In this document: positions 63,180 to 64,000 of the stretch, piece after piece | How the letters are laid out: each line of letters begins with the position of its first letter | How positions within the stretch are numbered: position 1 is the stretch's first letter | From: Moniliella sp. 'wahieum' | Taxonomy: Eukaryota | Assembly: GCA_003971905.1 (NCBI GenBank) | Contig: RSEE01000057.1 | Coordinates: 372,001-436,000 of the forward strand | Direction: 5' to 3' | DNA: 64,000 bases | Notes under the pieces: model-generated | The model's input: the letters and a program-made list of their open reading frames with translations, nothing else | Databases searched by the model: none | What the model was told of the DNA's origin: nothing | Translations under genes and position numbers: made by a program

Positions 63180-64000
63180 TTAGAACGATGGAGAGTGGTG
63201 CGAGGTGCTGGGGAAGCTAGATTCATCGAAGCGCGCGATACGATTGGGCGTGAGAAGGGCTGAACAGTTTTGGACGTAGGTGGGGCTCAATTCGGGAGGG
63301 CGTTCAACGCCACAGGCACCGAACCGTGACGAAGATGAATATGTCATCAGGTCTCCCCCGTTTTGAGCAAGCCACGACAAGAGTGCTGGGATGGAGTGGG
63401 CAGTACCAACCAATACCGGCGCCAGATCGGTACCTGCGGGAGGGGCAAACGTAGCGCTTCCATCCTCTTGCAGAATCCCAATCCTATGGTACACATTCGG
63501 TGTACGGTGGTATGGCTGCGCTTGAAGAGCCTGAAGGCGAAGTTGGACCTGCTGCACTGACCGTGCGTGGAGCACGCTCTCCCATGCTGCCGCAGGAGCT
63601 TGGTCCATGGTAGAATTGTTCGCCCGAGAGCACCAGGAAGCGGTGGTAGCCTCGAATTTTTGAAGTAATTCTTCGCGCTCAGTCCGAATCAGTTTGCGAG
63701 TATTGGCATGAACAGCGGATGCTGTTTCGCGGGAACCGGGTGGGGGGTAGATGAACTTCTGCGCCTGCCCCCCAAGTGGGGGGGAGGACGAGTTCGGGGG
63801 GGAAAGCAAGCCAGGGGGCCAAGTCGGCAAGGGTGGTGGAAAAGCGGATCTTGGCGAGGATAGGTTCGACCATGGGCTGGAGCATCTTCCATACATTGCT
63901 AAAGACCCAGGGCGAGGCATGGATCCAGATGCGCTCGACGCGCTCCGGGAACAAAACGGCCATATATCGGACGGCAAACAAGACCGCTTGCCAATCCATT
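63180..64000 (-). CDS. CRAL-TRIO/Sec14-family lipid transfer protein (Csr1/Sfh2-like), 5' part outside the window
   Basis: MDWQAVLF...FPERVERIWIHASPWVFSNVWKMLQPM..P...KIRF; C-terminal PYHRTPNVYHRIGIL resembles the Csr1-type DPYxRxxxxYxRxG motif. Confidence 0.82.
   Translation of the reverse strand, partial: WIGKRSCLPSDIWPFCSRSASSASGSMPRPGSLAMYGRCSSPWSNLSSPRSAFPPPLPTWPPGLLSPPNSSSPPLGGQAQKFIYPPPGSRETASAVHANTRKLIRTEREELLQKFEATTASWCSRANNSTMDQAPAAAWESVLHARSVQQVQLRLQALQAQPYHRTPNVYHRIGILQEDGSATFAPPAGTDLAPVLVGTAHSIPALLSWLAQNGGDLMTYSSSSRFGACGVERPPELSPTYVQNCSALLTPNRIARFDESSFPSTSHHSPSF

Noticed and set aside
1684..64000. Frameshifts in most genes read as mass pseudogenisation, programmed frameshifting or insertional RNA editing
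   Set aside because: Essential genes (MPP10, URA2, PDA1, nucleoporin) are all hit by 1-nt losses, often in short homopolymers, while conserved motifs stay intact. This is the signature of unpolished long-read consensus.

Overview
This is eukaryotic DNA from a compact, intron-poor, GC-rich fungal genome. Gene content and intron style suggest a basidiomycete, most like Ustilaginomycotina (inference). Recognisable protein genes: 3-repeat Myb TF, AA5_1 glyoxal oxidase, FxFG basket nucleoporin, amino-acid permease, OPT transporter, ML/NPC2 protein, MPP10, URA2, SQR, mL58/MRPL20, uL6m/MRPL6, GH38 alpha-mannosidase, vWA protein, GT32 MIPC synthase, PDA1, IML2-like protein and a truncated CRAL-TRIO protein. 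There is also one tRNA-Ala(AGC) and a 353-bp solo LTR with an intact 5-bp TSD. Most CDSs, including essential genes, are broken by 1-nt indels, which points to an unpolished long-read assembly, so CDS ends are approximate. Main observations: (1) sulfide:quinone oxidoreductase appears fused to mitoribosomal protein mL58 through a linker that looks like an internal mitochondrial presequence, a candidate MPP-processed tandem precursor. (2) Intergenic DNA carries a pervasive 7-bp-register pattern, (TNA + 4-bp palindrome)n, with many different palindromes. (3) The CRAL-TRIO ORF and the IML2 ORF are in the same frame, separated by one stop that sits in an intron-like branch point, a second fusion candidate. 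No searches were run; all calls come from motif recognition.
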